Counted from the first letter of the stretch, positions 34,391 through 44,268 are shown. The stretch: DNA of 64,000 bases from Candidatus Limnocylindrales bacterium (GCA_035693125.1 DASSHB010000133.1:11270-75269); one strand, 5' to 3'. Translations and numbers: made by a program. Notes: generated from the sequence alone by a model not told the origin.

Positions 34391-34759
34391 ATGTACTTCT
34401 ACGAGCTCCATGAAGGCGACGAGGACGTCTTCTCCGATGTCCTCCTCGTCCGCGACGACGAGATGGATCCCGACGAGTTCTTCGAGCTCGTCCAGTCCGT
34501 CCGTCGCCGGATCCAGGACACCTATGAGGACGATACGCTGATCGAGGCGATCGCCGTCGAGCTCGAGCGCGAGCATGGCTTCGTGTTCGTCTCCGACGAG
34601 AAGCTGACGGCCGCAGCGAATGTCTCGACCGAGGACAGCGAGAACTTCCTGGCCGATCTCGACACCGGGGACGAGCTGGGCGAGGGCGAACGCGGCGCCG
34701 ACTTCCGGGCGATCCTCGCCGACTTCGACCCCGACGACGGTCCCGCCCGGCCGAACTAG
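34391..34759 (+). CDS. small, highly acidic hypothetical protein
   Basis: The ATG at 34391 gives 122 aa with 37 Asp/Glu against 9 Arg plus 1 Lys (hand count). Its composition is non-repetitive and unlike the shadow ORFs. Confidence 0.6.
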   Translation: MYFYELHEGDEDVFSDVLLVRDDEMDPDEFFELVQSVRRRIQDTYEDDTLIEAIAVELEREHGFVFVSDEKLTAAANVSTEDSENFLADLDTGDELGEGERGADFRAILADFDPDDGPARPN

Positions 34760-34770
34760 GCCCCCCGAGG

Positions 34771-35874
34771 TCAGCGGCTGAACAGGATCTCCACGACGTC
34801 GCCGTCGCGGACCCGGTAGGTCTTGCCCTCCGAGCGGAGCTTGCCGGCCTTCTTCGCGTCGGCCATCGAGCCGAGCGTGAGCAGGTCGTCGTAGGCGACT
34901 GTCTCGGCCCGGATGAAGCCCTTCGCCAGGTCGGTGTGGATCACGCCGGCCGCATCGACGGCCGTCGAGCCGTCGCGGACCGGCCAGGCCCGGACCTCGT
35001 CCGGTCCCGCCGTGAGGAACGAGATCAGGCCCAACAGGCGGTAGCTCAGGGCGATCACGCGATCCAGGCTCGATTCGGCGATCCCGAGCTCGTCCATGAA
35101 CACGGCCGCGTCATCGGGCTCGAGCTCGCCCAGCTCCATCTCGATCCGGGCCGAGAGCGCATCGACGAGCGCGTTCCGGTGGTCGTAGCCGGCCGCCACC
35201 GACGCGACCCGCTCCCCTGCTCCGTCGAGATCGCCCTCGCCGACGTTCAGCAGGATCAGCACCGGCTTCTGGGTCAGGAAGCGGAAGCCGCGGATCGCCT
35301 TCTCGTCCTCGGGCTCGAGGGCCGTGTCGCGGATCGGTGAGCCCGCCTCGAGTGCCGCCTTCAGGCGGACGAGGATCGCCTCCTCGCGCTCGTTCGACTC
35401 CCGTTCCGCGGGCGTGCCGTGGCGACCGCTCGTCTTGAGCCGTTCCAGCCGCCGGTCGACGAGGGCCAGATCGGCCAGGAGGAACTCGGTGTCGAGCCGA
35501 TCGAGGTCGCGAGCCGGGTCGACGGATCCTTCCGGATGCGGGTTGGCCGGATCCTCGAAGGCGCGGATCACGTGGAGCAGCGCGTCGCTGTCGCGCAGCC
35601 GCGCGAGGTGCTCGGCCGGCAGGTCTTCCGTTCCGACATGGCCCTCGGTCGACGCCGGGGGCGCCGGCAGATCGACGTAGGTGACGTCGGCCTGGACGAT
35701 CTTCTTCGGCTTGAAGATCGCCGCGAGCCGGTCGAGACGCTCGTCGGGGACCTTCACGACGCCGACATGGAGCTCCATCCCGCCGAAGCCGCCCGTCTCG
35801 GCGTGGCCGCGGGTGAGCGTGTTGAACACGGTGGTCTTGCCGGACCCCGCAAGCCCGACGATCGCGATCTGCAT
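34771..35874 (-). CDS. ychF: redox-regulated ATPase YchF (Obg-family P-loop NTPase)
   Basis: 'IVGLAGSGKTTVFN', and a C-terminal TGS-like 'DLAKGFIRAETVAYDDL...GKTYRVRDGDVVEILF'. Confidence 0.9.
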   Translation of the reverse strand: MQIAIVGLAGSGKTTVFNTLTRGHAETGGFGGMELHVGVVKVPDERLDRLAAIFKPKKIVQADVTYVDLPAPPASTEGHVGTEDLPAEHLARLRDSDALLHVIRAFEDPANPHPEGSVDPARDLDRLDTEFLLADLALVDRRLERLKTSGRHGTPAERESNEREEAILVRLKAALEAGSPIRDTALEPEDEKAIRGFRFLTQKPVLILLNVGEGDLDGAGERVASVAAGYDHRNALVDALSARIEMELGELEPDDAAVFMDELGIAESSLDRVIALSYRLLGLISFLTAGPDEVRAWPVRDGSTAVDAAGVIHTDLAKGFIRAETVAYDDLLTLGSMADAKKAGKLRSEGKTYRVRDGDVVEILFSR

Positions 35875-35922
35875 CCTGCGATGCTATCCGGGACGACCGA
35901 TCGGTCGGCGAGAGAACGGAGC

Positions 35923-36369
35923 ATGGGCGGCGGACGACGAGCACCGGGCATGGTCGGGACGCTCCTCGGATTCGTCCTCGTCGCGCTCGCCGGCTGCGCG
36001 GACGTGCCGGAGGTGGAGCGCCCGCCGGTGATCGCGATCGATCCCGGCCTCCATCCCGTCCGCACGGCGGACGAGGTCGCGGCAATCGTGCTCCGCGCGA
36101 TCCATGCGAACGAGATCGGACTTGGCCGCGTCCTATCGCCCGCCCGGATCATCCGGATGTCGGTCACCCTTGCCAGCCGCGTCCGCGCGATCGAACCGAA
36201 CGCCGGTCAGGGTCAACCCGCCGCGAACCGGACCGTCTGGGTCGTCCGGGCGTTCGGGACGTTCACGACGAACCGAGGTCCCGCGAACGCCCAGCTCGAC
36301 GCTGCGGGGAGCGGTTATTACGTGATCGACGACGGGGACGGCTCGATCATGGGGGACGGGTTCCCCTGA
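35923..36369 (+). CDS. putative lipoprotein (hypothetical)
   Basis: Signal peptide with lipobox 'LVALAGC'. The start is ATG 35923 or ATG 35950. Confidence 0.6.
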   Translation: MGGGRRAPGMVGTLLGFVLVALAGCADVPEVERPPVIAIDPGLHPVRTADEVAAIVLRAIHANEIGLGRVLSPARIIRMSVTLASRVRAIEPNAGQGQPAANRTVWVVRAFGTFTTNRGPANAQLDAAGSGYYVIDDGDGSIMGDGFP

Positions 36370-36381
36370 GCCGGGGCGGCC

Positions 36382-37449
36382 TCAGTACCCGGCATTCGGG
36401 TCGACCACGTTGAGCAGCGGCTCGCCGGCGGCGTAGCGCCGGAGGTTGTCGCAGAACAGCTCGACGCTCCGGTCGAGGACGCGACCGCTCGACCATGACG
36501 TGTGCGGGGTGACGATGACGTTGGGCAGGTCGTAGAACGGCGAGGTCGGAGCGAGCGGTTCCTCGCGGAAGGTGTCGAGGACCGCGCCACCGATCCGCCC
36601 GTCGCTCAGGGCTGCGAGGAGCGCCCGCTCGTCGACCAGCCGGCCGCGCGCGATGTTGATCAGCCACGCGCTCGACTTCATCGCCGCGAGGGCGTTCGCG
36701 TCGATCATGTTCTCGGTCTCGGGCGTCAGGGGCGCGGCCAGGACCACGAAGTCGGAGTCGGCGAGGAGCGCCGGCATCGATTCGGGGCCGCCGACGCGGT
36801 CGAGCATCAGCTCGCCGAACAGGCGGGTCGACTCGTCCGCGGCGCTCGATCCGGTGCCCTCCTCCGAGCGCCGCCGCACGGCGATCACCCGGCACCCGAA
36901 CGCCGTCGCGAGCGCGCCCACCGCACGGCCGATCGACCCGAGACCCACGATTCCGACGGTCACGTCGCGCAGCTCGACCCCCTCGAGCGGCTGCCACGTC
37001 CGCTCCCGCTGGAGCTCCAGGAGCCCGGGCAGCCGGCGCGAGATCGCCAGGATCATCATCAGGACGTACTCGGCGATCGGCCGCGAGAACACGCCGCGCG
37101 CGTTCGTGAAGACGATGCCGCGATCGCGCGCCGCCGTCGTCAGCATCCGCTCGACACCGGTCGACGCCGAGTGGACGTACTGGAGACGCGGCGCCCGCGC
37201 CAGGAGCCGGTCGAACGCCTCGGATGAGAGCCAGCCGCGGAGGAGGACCTCGACGTCGTCGGTGGGCTCGTCGGTCAGCCCTTCGCGCGACAGCGTGATG
37301 ATCCGCGCCCCGGGAGCCGCGGCCCGGATGCGATCCAGATCGCCCGACCGGTAGCGCGCGGACAGGATCGGCGACAGGGCGATCGCGCTGGGCGCGCCGC
37401 CGGGCCCCGAGCCGGGCCCGGCCGTCCGGGGCTGCTCGGCGGCAGCCAT
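36382..37449 (-). CDS. D-isomer-specific 2-hydroxyacid dehydrogenase family protein
   Basis: NAD-binding 'GIVGLGSIGRAVG', then 'NIARGRLVDE' and 'TPHTS', matching the catalytic Arg/Glu/His pattern. Confidence 0.85.
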   Translation of the reverse strand: MAAAEQPRTAGPGSGPGGAPSAIALSPILSARYRSGDLDRIRAAAPGARIITLSREGLTDEPTDDVEVLLRGWLSSEAFDRLLARAPRLQYVHSASTGVERMLTTAARDRGIVFTNARGVFSRPIAEYVLMMILAISRRLPGLLELQRERTWQPLEGVELRDVTVGIVGLGSIGRAVGALATAFGCRVIAVRRRSEEGTGSSAADESTRLFGELMLDRVGGPESMPALLADSDFVVLAAPLTPETENMIDANALAAMKSSAWLINIARGRLVDERALLAALSDGRIGGAVLDTFREEPLAPTSPFYDLPNVIVTPHTSWSSGRVLDRSVELFCDNLRRYAAGEPLLNVVDPNAGY

Positions 37450-37476
37450 CAGCCGGCGGCCATCAGGCGGCGGCCA

Positions 37477-38700
37477 TCAGGCGGCCGCGCCGGTTCGGCG
37501 GAGCCAGGCCGCCGGATCCTCGATCTCACCCGGCAGCGGCAGCATGTCGGGCCCGGACCAGAGCCGGTTGAGAGCGGCCGGCCCGCCGCCGTCGGCGATC
37601 GCCCGGACGAACGCCTCGCCCTTCGCGTACTGCTCGAGCTTCACGTCCATCCCGGTCAGGCGCATGACGGCGCGTTCGAACGGCGAACGGCGCGCGTTCC
37701 GGCGCTCGTGGAACTTCGCGCTGATCCGTTCCACGCCCGGGACGAGGTCCCGTCCGACCTCGTCCATCACGTAGTCGCTGAACCCTTCGAGGAGGCTCAT
37801 CACCGCCTGGGTCTCCCGGAACAGGCGGCGCTGCTCGGGGTTCATCAGACGCTCCATCCAGTGCTCGGCGTCGCCGCCGTCGCCGCGGATCGCCCGGCCC
37901 AGGCTGCGAAGGGCCTCGCGGCCCAGCCCGCTTGCCTCGCGGCCGAACAGCTTGAGCTGGCGCTCGAGCCGGTCGGCGAGGTACGGCCGGAGCCAGGGAT
38001 GCGCCTCGAACTCGAACGCGTGGGTCGTCTCGTGGAGCGCGATCCAGGTCCGGAACGGACCGATCGGAACGTCGAGGATCGACGCGGTCTGGCGGATGTT
38101 CTCCTCGACGAACAGGAGCTTGCCCGGCGTCGCCTCGGCGGTCAGGAGGGCGAGGTCGTACTGGCCGAGGACCTTCGAGCCCATGAAGCCCAGGAGGAAG
38201 CCGAGCTGGCGGGTCGTGACCCAGCGGTTGGCCAAGGCGATGGTCGCCTTGGTCAGCCCGCCGCCGTGCGGCACGACCTGGTCGAGGAGCTCCGTCTCCA
38301 GCTGGCCGATCAGCTGGGCGAAGGTCGCGACGTTGGCGTGGACCCAGCCCGCCCGGTCGACGACGGCCGATCGCTCGACGACGCCCGGCAGCTGCGTCCC
38401 GAGCGCCTCCGACAGACGGGGCACGATCCGGGCCATCGCCTCGGCGTAGGACGGCTCGGCCGATCGCAGCTCCGCGGCGCTCAGGGTTCCCGGCGAGGAC
38501 CGCAGGCGCTCCACGGCGAACCGTTCCGCGCCCGGCCAGTCGACGAGGCCCTGGCGGGCGACCCGCTCGGCCCGCCGGCCCAGGACGGTCGCCGCGGCTC
38601 CCAGCGCCGATCCCACGAGGAACCCCGCCTGCCAGACGCGATCGTCGCGCCAGCCGGTGCCCTTGCCGCGCCCGACGTTGCGGGATCTCTGGCCGCTCAC
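37477..38700 (-). CDS. zinc-dependent metalloprotease-like protein (DUF2342 family)
   Basis: 'WIALHETTHAFEF' is an HExxH-type site; the rest matches the DUF2342 hydrolase family as I remember it. The GTG start at 38700 overlaps the murI stop (GTGA). The track ORF 37477..39798 is over-extended. Confidence 0.75.
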   Translation of the reverse strand: MSGQRSRNVGRGKGTGWRDDRVWQAGFLVGSALGAAATVLGRRAERVARQGLVDWPGAERFAVERLRSSPGTLSAAELRSAEPSYAEAMARIVPRLSEALGTQLPGVVERSAVVDRAGWVHANVATFAQLIGQLETELLDQVVPHGGGLTKATIALANRWVTTRQLGFLLGFMGSKVLGQYDLALLTAEATPGKLLFVEENIRQTASILDVPIGPFRTWIALHETTHAFEFEAHPWLRPYLADRLERQLKLFGREASGLGREALRSLGRAIRGDGGDAEHWMERLMNPEQRRLFRETQAVMSLLEGFSDYVMDEVGRDLVPGVERISAKFHERRNARRSPFERAVMRLTGMDVKLEQYAKGEAFVRAIADGGGPAALNRLWSGPDMLPLPGEIEDPAAWLRRTGAAA

Positions 38701-39635
38701 AAGATCACCGGAGCGCTCGTCGCGGCCGGCCCGACCTCGACCGAGGCGATGTCCGGGAACGCCTCGCCGAAGATCCGCTCGGCAACGACCCGGAACGCGT
38801 CGACGTCGCCGGTCGTGAGCTGGACGTGCGTCGGCGCGGCGGCGGTCTCGTTCGGGCGGTCGTGGCCGTCCCGGCCGGCGTCGGCGGCCGTCCCGCGTGT
38901 CGTCCCGGGCGCCTCGAGGCCGTTGATCGCGAGCAGCTCCACGAGGGCCGAGGCCGTCGCAGTGGCCGAGTCGACGATCGCGACGCGCTCGCCGGCGATC
39001 CGGGCGATGACCGGCCGGAGGAGCGGGTAGTGGGTGCAGCCCAGGAGGAGGGTGTCGATCCGGGCGGAGGCCGGGAGCGGGAACACGAAGTCCCCGGCCG
39101 CGTCGCGCTCGCCGAGCAGCGGGGCCAGCGACTCGGCGACGATCGTCTCGACCTCGTCGCCCACGAGCCGGCCGGCTTCGACGAGCGGCACGAACGCCGG
39201 CGTGGCGTGCTCGTAGACCTCGACCGCGGGGTTCTCGTCCTTGATCGCGCTGAAGTAGGCGTGGGAGCGGACGGTCGCGGGCGTGGCGATGACCCCGACC
39301 CGCCGGTTCCGGGTCGTCAGCGACGCGGTCACCGCTCCGGGCCGGACCACGCCCAGGATCGGCAGGTCGTAGCGTCGCCGGAAGTCGCCCAGGGCCACGG
39401 CCGTGGACGTGTTGCAGGCGACGACGATCGCCTTGACGTCGCGCGCGGCGAGCTCGTCCAGGGCCTCGATCGAGAACTGCCGGACCTCGTCGTCGGGTCG
39501 GACGCCGTAGGGCGCCCGGAGGTTGTCGCCGAGGTAGATCGTCGACTCGCTGGGCGAGCGGCGGAGGATCTCGCGGAGGACGGTGAGCCCGCCGACCCCC
39601 GAGTCGAAGACGCCGATCGGGCGGGGGTCGGACAT
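38697..39635 (-). CDS. murI: glutamate racemase
   Basis: 'GVFDSGVGGLTV', 'ACNTS' and 'GCTHYP' carry the two catalytic-Cys motifs. Confidence 0.9.
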   Translation of the reverse strand: MSDPRPIGVFDSGVGGLTVLREILRRSPSESTIYLGDNLRAPYGVRPDDEVRQFSIEALDELAARDVKAIVVACNTSTAVALGDFRRRYDLPILGVVRPGAVTASLTTRNRRVGVIATPATVRSHAYFSAIKDENPAVEVYEHATPAFVPLVEAGRLVGDEVETIVAESLAPLLGERDAAGDFVFPLPASARIDTLLLGCTHYPLLRPVIARIAGERVAIVDSATATASALVELLAINGLEAPGTTRGTAADAGRDGHDRPNETAAAPTHVQLTTGDVDAFRVVAERIFGEAFPDIASVEVGPAATSAPVIL

Positions 39636-39643
39636 CGCTCCGG

Positions 39644-40801
39644 TCAGTGCCGGCCGGCGGCCGCCGCGGGCCGGATTCCGTGCGCCGCGAGGAGCTCGCC
39701 GGCGATCCGCCGCAGGTCCTGGCTGATCGGCGCCGCGGGGTTGGCGAGAACGAACGGCACGCCTTCGTTGTTCGACTGGACGACGAGGAGGCCGTCACTG
39801 ACGACGCGGTGCTCGGGGGTCCGGCCCAGGGCCCGCTCCAGGTCCCCAGGATCGATCCCGCCGGGCGAGTCGGCCCGGTTCACGAGGTAGCGGACCTTCG
39901 ACGCGGGGTAGCCGATCATCCGGAACGCGTCGGCGACCGCGATCGTGTTGTGGATCGTCGTGGAGTCGTACGTCACGATCTCGACGATCGTGTCCGACAG
40001 GTCCAGGAACGACAGGTTGATGTCGTTCAGGGCCGAGCTCATGTCGATCACGATCGCCCCGTACACGCGGCGCAACAGCGACAGGATCTTGTCGACATCG
40101 CGGGTCGTGACCATCTCGGCCATCTCGACCCGCGGTGGGGCCAGGAGGATGTCGATCCCCGACGGGTCGCGCCACAGCACGTCCTGGAGGTCCGACTCGG
40201 CGACGCGATCCGTCGGCAGGTCCAGGATCGACGGCGCGTCGACGGGGACCTTCAGGAGCGAGCGCAGGTCGCCGAACTGGAGGCTGCCGTCGATCAGGAC
40301 CGTCCGCTGCTCCTGCTGGCCGAGGGCGACGGCGAGGTTGAACGCGATCGTCGTCTTGCCCACGCCGCCCTTCGGCGCGAAGACCGAGTAGACGCGGGAC
40401 GAGCCCGTCGTCGAGGTTTCCGCGAAGTCCTTCCGGACCTGGGCGATCCGGTTCATCAGGTCGAAGCCGGAGAACGGCATCGCCAGCACGCCGTGGATCC
40501 CCTTCGCCGGATCGATCTCGATCGGGTTCTGCGGGACGGTCAGGACGACCACGGGAACGCCGTAGCCGGATTGGGCGATCTGCTGGGCAAGCGGCAGGCC
40601 CTTCACCCGACCCTGCAGGAGCGCGTCGACCAGGATGACGTCCGGGCGGAGCTGCTGGACCTGGGGAAGGACCTTCGAGCCGTCGCTCAGGACGTCGAGC
40701 AGCTTCACCGAGTTCTGCGCGTTCAGCAGGCCCCGGATGTACTGCGCCACCTGCGGCACGTCCTCGACGAGGAGGAGGCGCGTCTGGTCACTGGATGCCA
40801 T
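39644..40801 (-). CDS. Receiver-like domain fused to a ParA/MinD-type (CpaE/TadZ-like) ATPase, paralog 2
   Basis: The receiver-like N-terminus has 'LLLVEDVPQ', 'VILVDALL' and 'VLTVP', but 'LAMPF' replaces the conserved K-P. The ATPase has a canonical deviant Walker A 'APKGGVGKTT' and 'VLIDGSLQFGD'. It ends 8 nt before murI. Confidence 0.85.
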   Translation of the reverse strand: MASSDQTRLLLVEDVPQVAQYIRGLLNAQNSVKLLDVLSDGSKVLPQVQQLRPDVILVDALLQGRVKGLPLAQQIAQSGYGVPVVVLTVPQNPIEIDPAKGIHGVLAMPFSGFDLMNRIAQVRKDFAETSTTGSSRVYSVFAPKGGVGKTTIAFNLAVALGQQEQRTVLIDGSLQFGDLRSLLKVPVDAPSILDLPTDRVAESDLQDVLWRDPSGIDILLAPPRVEMAEMVTTRDVDKILSLLRRVYGAIVIDMSSALNDINLSFLDLSDTIVEIVTYDSTTIHNTIAVADAFRMIGYPASKVRYLVNRADSPGGIDPGDLERALGRTPEHRVVSDGLLVVQSNNEGVPFVLANPAAPISQDLRRIAGELLAAHGIRPAAAAGRH

Positions 40802-40881
40802 CGCGCCGAGTGTACCAAGCCACTCTGACCGCGCTGGTGGTCTGGAAGTCCCGGCGACCGGCGGCGGTCCGCCGGGCCGGC

Positions 40882-41667
40882 CTACGGCTTGCGGGCGACG
40901 AGGACGGCACGATCGCTGCCGGGACCGAGCGGCTCCAGCCCGTAGTCGCCGCCGACCTCCTCGATCACCAGGCCGGCGTCCTCGGCCATCGACCGGAGCT
41001 CGTCCGCGCCCACGAGGCGCAGGGCGTCCCGGCGGATCCAGCGGACCGTGGGCTCTCCCGGCAGGCCTTCCTCGTAGACGGCGGTCAGGTCGACCACCGC
41101 GCTCGCGGCGTCGTAGCGGGCGGCGGCCACCTTCGTGATCTCCCGGCCGGTCTCGGGATCGCGCCGCTCGTACTCGAAGACCATCCGCCCGTCGAACCGG
41201 CCGAGGTCGTCCGGATCGGGCAGCCAGATGTCGACCGCGGCGAGGCCGCCGCCGGCGAGATGGTGTGCCATCACGGCGAAGGCCCGGCGCTGGGCGTGAC
41301 GGGTCGCGAGGAGGAAGAGCGAGTTCAAAGCGATGAATGCCAGGCGGAACGAGCCGGCGGCCGGCAGGTCCAGGTCGAGCAGGTCCGCTGCAACGAGCTC
41401 GAGGCGGCCCGCGGTCCGAGGGCCCGCGGCCGCACGGCGGGCTTCGGCCCGCTCGAGCATCGCGGGGTCGAGGTCGACCCCGGTCACGTCGTATCCCTCG
41501 CTCGCCAGGGCAACGGCCAAGCGGCCCGTGCCGGCGGCAAGCTCCAGGACCGGTCCCTGGGCCCGGGCGGCAAGCGCCAGGTACAGGTCGAGATCGCCCG
41601 GGTCGTCGAGCAGGTCCAGGTCGTACAGGCGCGCGAGCGCGCGGGCGACCGCCGACGGCTCGCTCAC
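40882..41667 (-). CDS. class I SAM-dependent methyltransferase
   Basis: Motif I 'VLELAAGTGRLAVALA' followed by 'VTGVDLD'. The GTG start at 41667 overlaps the upstream stop (GTGA). Confidence 0.75.
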   Translation of the reverse strand: MSEPSAVARALARLYDLDLLDDPGDLDLYLALAARAQGPVLELAAGTGRLAVALASEGYDVTGVDLDPAMLERAEARRAAAGPRTAGRLELVAADLLDLDLPAAGSFRLAFIALNSLFLLATRHAQRRAFAVMAHHLAGGGLAAVDIWLPDPDDLGRFDGRMVFEYERRDPETGREITKVAAARYDAASAVVDLTAVYEEGLPGEPTVRWIRRDALRLVGADELRSMAEDAGLVIEEVGGDYGLEPLGPGSDRAVLVARKP

Positions 41668-42743
41668 GGCGCCGGCGCGAACCGGACCGGGCGGCCGTCT
41701 CGAGCCTTGACCGCCAGTGCGCTGATCGCCTCGAGCGCGGCGCGGTTGGCGATCATCGCCGTCGTCTCGGCGTGGTCGTACGGCGGCGCGACCTCGACGA
41801 GGTCCATCCCCGCCAGCTCGACCTTGGCGACGATCCGGCGGATCGCCCGGAGCACCTCGCGGGTGATGAACCCGCCCGGCTCGGGCGTCCCGGTGCCCGG
41901 GGCGAGGCCCGGATCGACGACGTCGATGTCCAGGCTCAGGTAGATCGCGTCCGGTCCGTCGAGCGCCTCGTCGATCGCCTGGTCGATGACGGCCTCGGCG
42001 CCACGCTCCTCGACCTCGGTCATGAAGTGGTAGCGGAGCTCGTGGCGCTGCATCCACTCGAACGTCTCGACCGGCGGCCAGTAGCCACGGAGCCCGACCT
42101 GGACGAAGTTCCGACCCTTGACCGCGCCCGATTCGATCAGGCGGCGCATCGGCGTCCCGTGGCCGGCGAGCACGCCCCAATCGTCATTGGCGGTGTCGGC
42201 GTGGGCATCGAAGTGGACGATCCCGATCGAGCCCGGATGGCGGACTTCGGCGACGGCGGTCGCGCTCGGCCAGGTGATCGAATGGTCGCCGCCCAGGACG
42301 ATCGGGATCGCGCCGGTCTCCGCGACCTCGCGGACCTTGCGGTGGATCAAGGCATGGGCCCGCTCGATCCAGGCGGGGACGATGTTCGCGTCGCCGGCAT
42401 CGACCACGGTCAGGTGCTCGAACGGCTCGATCCCCAGCTGCAGGCTGTGGACGGAGCCCGAGGTGTACTGGGCCTCGCGGATGGCCCGCGGCCCGAACCG
42501 TGCACCCGGACGATGGCTGACGGCGTCGTCGAAGGGCGCGCCGACGATCGCGACGTCGACGTTGCGTGCCCGCAGCTCCCCCGGATCGGTGATCCAGGGC
42601 AGGTTCATGAACGTCGTCGGCCCGACGTAGGTCGGCAGGTCGAAGTCGCTGAAGACCTCCCAGTCGCGGTCCCAGCCATTCGCCGCGCGGTAGTCGGGGC
42701 GTGCGCCGGCGGTGGGACGCTCGTCGGTGGGGCGCTCGGCCAC
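41664..42743 (-). CDS. speB: agmatinase / ureohydrolase-family protein
   Basis: 'GGDHSIT', 'HFDAHADT', 'SLDIDVVDP' and 'PEPGG' are arginase-fold Mn ligands. GTG start at 42743 with GGGAGG 5 nt upstream. Confidence 0.85.
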   Translation of the reverse strand: MAERPTDERPTAGARPDYRAANGWDRDWEVFSDFDLPTYVGPTTFMNLPWITDPGELRARNVDVAIVGAPFDDAVSHRPGARFGPRAIREAQYTSGSVHSLQLGIEPFEHLTVVDAGDANIVPAWIERAHALIHRKVREVAETGAIPIVLGGDHSITWPSATAVAEVRHPGSIGIVHFDAHADTANDDWGVLAGHGTPMRRLIESGAVKGRNFVQVGLRGYWPPVETFEWMQRHELRYHFMTEVEERGAEAVIDQAIDEALDGPDAIYLSLDIDVVDPGLAPGTGTPEPGGFITREVLRAIRRIVAKVELAGMDLVEVAPPYDHAETTAMIANRAALEAISALAVKARDGRPVRFAPAP

Positions 42744-42860
42744 GGGAACCTCCCGGCGGGCGAACCGGCCACTCCCCGAGGAGTCGCCACGGATCGGCGC
42801 CGTCTCGTGGGGCGCCGCCGGTTCGCATCTCCAGCGTCCAGCGGGGCGCGCCGCGGGCAT

Positions 42861-42882
42861 CCTACCACCGGCCTACCACCGG
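42861..42882. repeat. 11-bp direct tandem duplication (cctaccaccgg x2) in an intergenic region
   Basis: Read directly from the sequence. It lies between the M20D stop (42997) and the speB start (42743). Confidence 0.8.
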
Positions 42883-42996
42883 CCCGACCCCGCTCCGGAG
42901 ACGCCGCGGAGCGTGAGCGCGTCGCGCGGCCCGGCGCGCGCGAGCCATTCGCCAGGGCATCGGTCCGCTCCGCGTCGGCAAGCCCGCACCCGGCGA

Positions 42997-44268
42997 TCAC
43001 CTCATTCGGCGAGGGTCGCCCTCCCGGAAGGCGCGCCAGGCGGCCGCGACCAGCTCGGGGTCCTGGAACAGCTCGTACGCGACCTGGGCCACGAGGGTGG
43101 CCGCCAGCAGGGTCGTCCGATCGGCGGCCGGCGTGGCGGCGGCGTCGCGGAAGGCGGTCGAGTGGCCCGCCGTCCCTTCCGGTGCGATCGCGAGCTCGGG
43201 ATGGATCGTCGGACAGTGCCAGCTCACGTTGCCCATGTCCGTGCTCCCCGCGCTGTCGTCGGGACCCTGATCCTCGATGCCGTAGGCGGCGGCGTTCGCG
43301 ACCCAGCGCGCCTCGAGCGGTTCGTTCGGGTGGATCGTCATCGCCCCGCCGCTGAAGGTCACCTCGGCCGTCGTGTCCGTCGCGAGCGCCGCACCCTCGA
43401 CGAGCACCCGGAAGCGCGCCTTGATCCGTTCGTACTCGGCCTGGTCCGGGCTCCGGAGCATGAACCAGGCCTTCGTCCGGTCCGGGATGATGTTCGCGGC
43501 TGTTCCGCCCTCCTGGATGATCCCGTGGACGCGGTTCGAGGGATGGAGCTGCTGGCGCCAGAGCCCGACCGCGCTGAAGAGCTGGATCATCGCGTCCAGG
43601 GCGTTCCGGCCACGCCATGGATCGGCCGCCGCGTGGGCCTGCAGGCCGTGGAAGACGACCTCCACGTCCTCCGACGCCAGCGCGATCGACGCGACGTGGT
43701 TGCGATCGCACGGGTGGAACAGGAGCGCCGCGTCGAGGCCGTCGAGGAGCCCGTCCTCGATCATGATCGCCTTCCCGCTCCCCCGCTCCTCGGCCGGCGT
43801 CCCGAGGAAGACGATCTCGCCCGGGAGCTCGTCGGCCACGGCCGCCAGGGCGATCGCGGCGCCGACGCCCGATGCCGCCATCGTGTTGTGGCCGCAGCCG
43901 TGGCCCAGGCCGGGCAGGGCGTCGTACTCGGCAAGGATGCCGATCCGCGGCGTGGTCCCGCCCCGGCCACCGCGCCGGACTCCGCGGACCGCCGTCGCGA
44001 GCGAGCCCGCCGGGTGCTCGACCGCGTAGCCGTGCGAGCGCAGCGTCCCGGCGATCCAGTCGGCCGCCTGGACCTCCTCGAAGGCCGGTTCGGGGCTCGC
44101 GTGGATCCGATGGGAGAGCTCGAGGATCTCGGCGCTGGCTCGTTCGACGGCGAGCGCGATCCGCCGTTTCGCGTCGCGATGCGGCTCAGCCGGCTCTGGG
44201 ATCGAGAGATCGGCGGGTGCGGCGGCCCGCTCTGCGGCCGGCTGGACGGACAACGGCGCGTCGGTCAC
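42997..44268 (-). CDS. M20D-family amidohydrolase (aminoacylase/hippurate-hydrolase-like)
   Basis: 'AEYDALPGLGHGCGHN', 'GTPAEERGSGK' and 'FHGLQAHAA' are M20D motifs. Confidence 0.85.
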   Translation of the reverse strand: MTDAPLSVQPAAERAAAPADLSIPEPAEPHRDAKRRIALAVERASAEILELSHRIHASPEPAFEEVQAADWIAGTLRSHGYAVEHPAGSLATAVRGVRRGGRGGTTPRIGILAEYDALPGLGHGCGHNTMAASGVGAAIALAAVADELPGEIVFLGTPAEERGSGKAIMIEDGLLDGLDAALLFHPCDRNHVASIALASEDVEVVFHGLQAHAAADPWRGRNALDAMIQLFSAVGLWRQQLHPSNRVHGIIQEGGTAANIIPDRTKAWFMLRSPDQAEYERIKARFRVLVEGAALATDTTAEVTFSGGAMTIHPNEPLEARWVANAAAYGIEDQGPDDSAGSTDMGNVSWHCPTIHPELAIAPEGTAGHSTAFRDAAATPAADRTTLLAATLVAQVAYELFQDPELVAAAWRAFREGDPRRMR

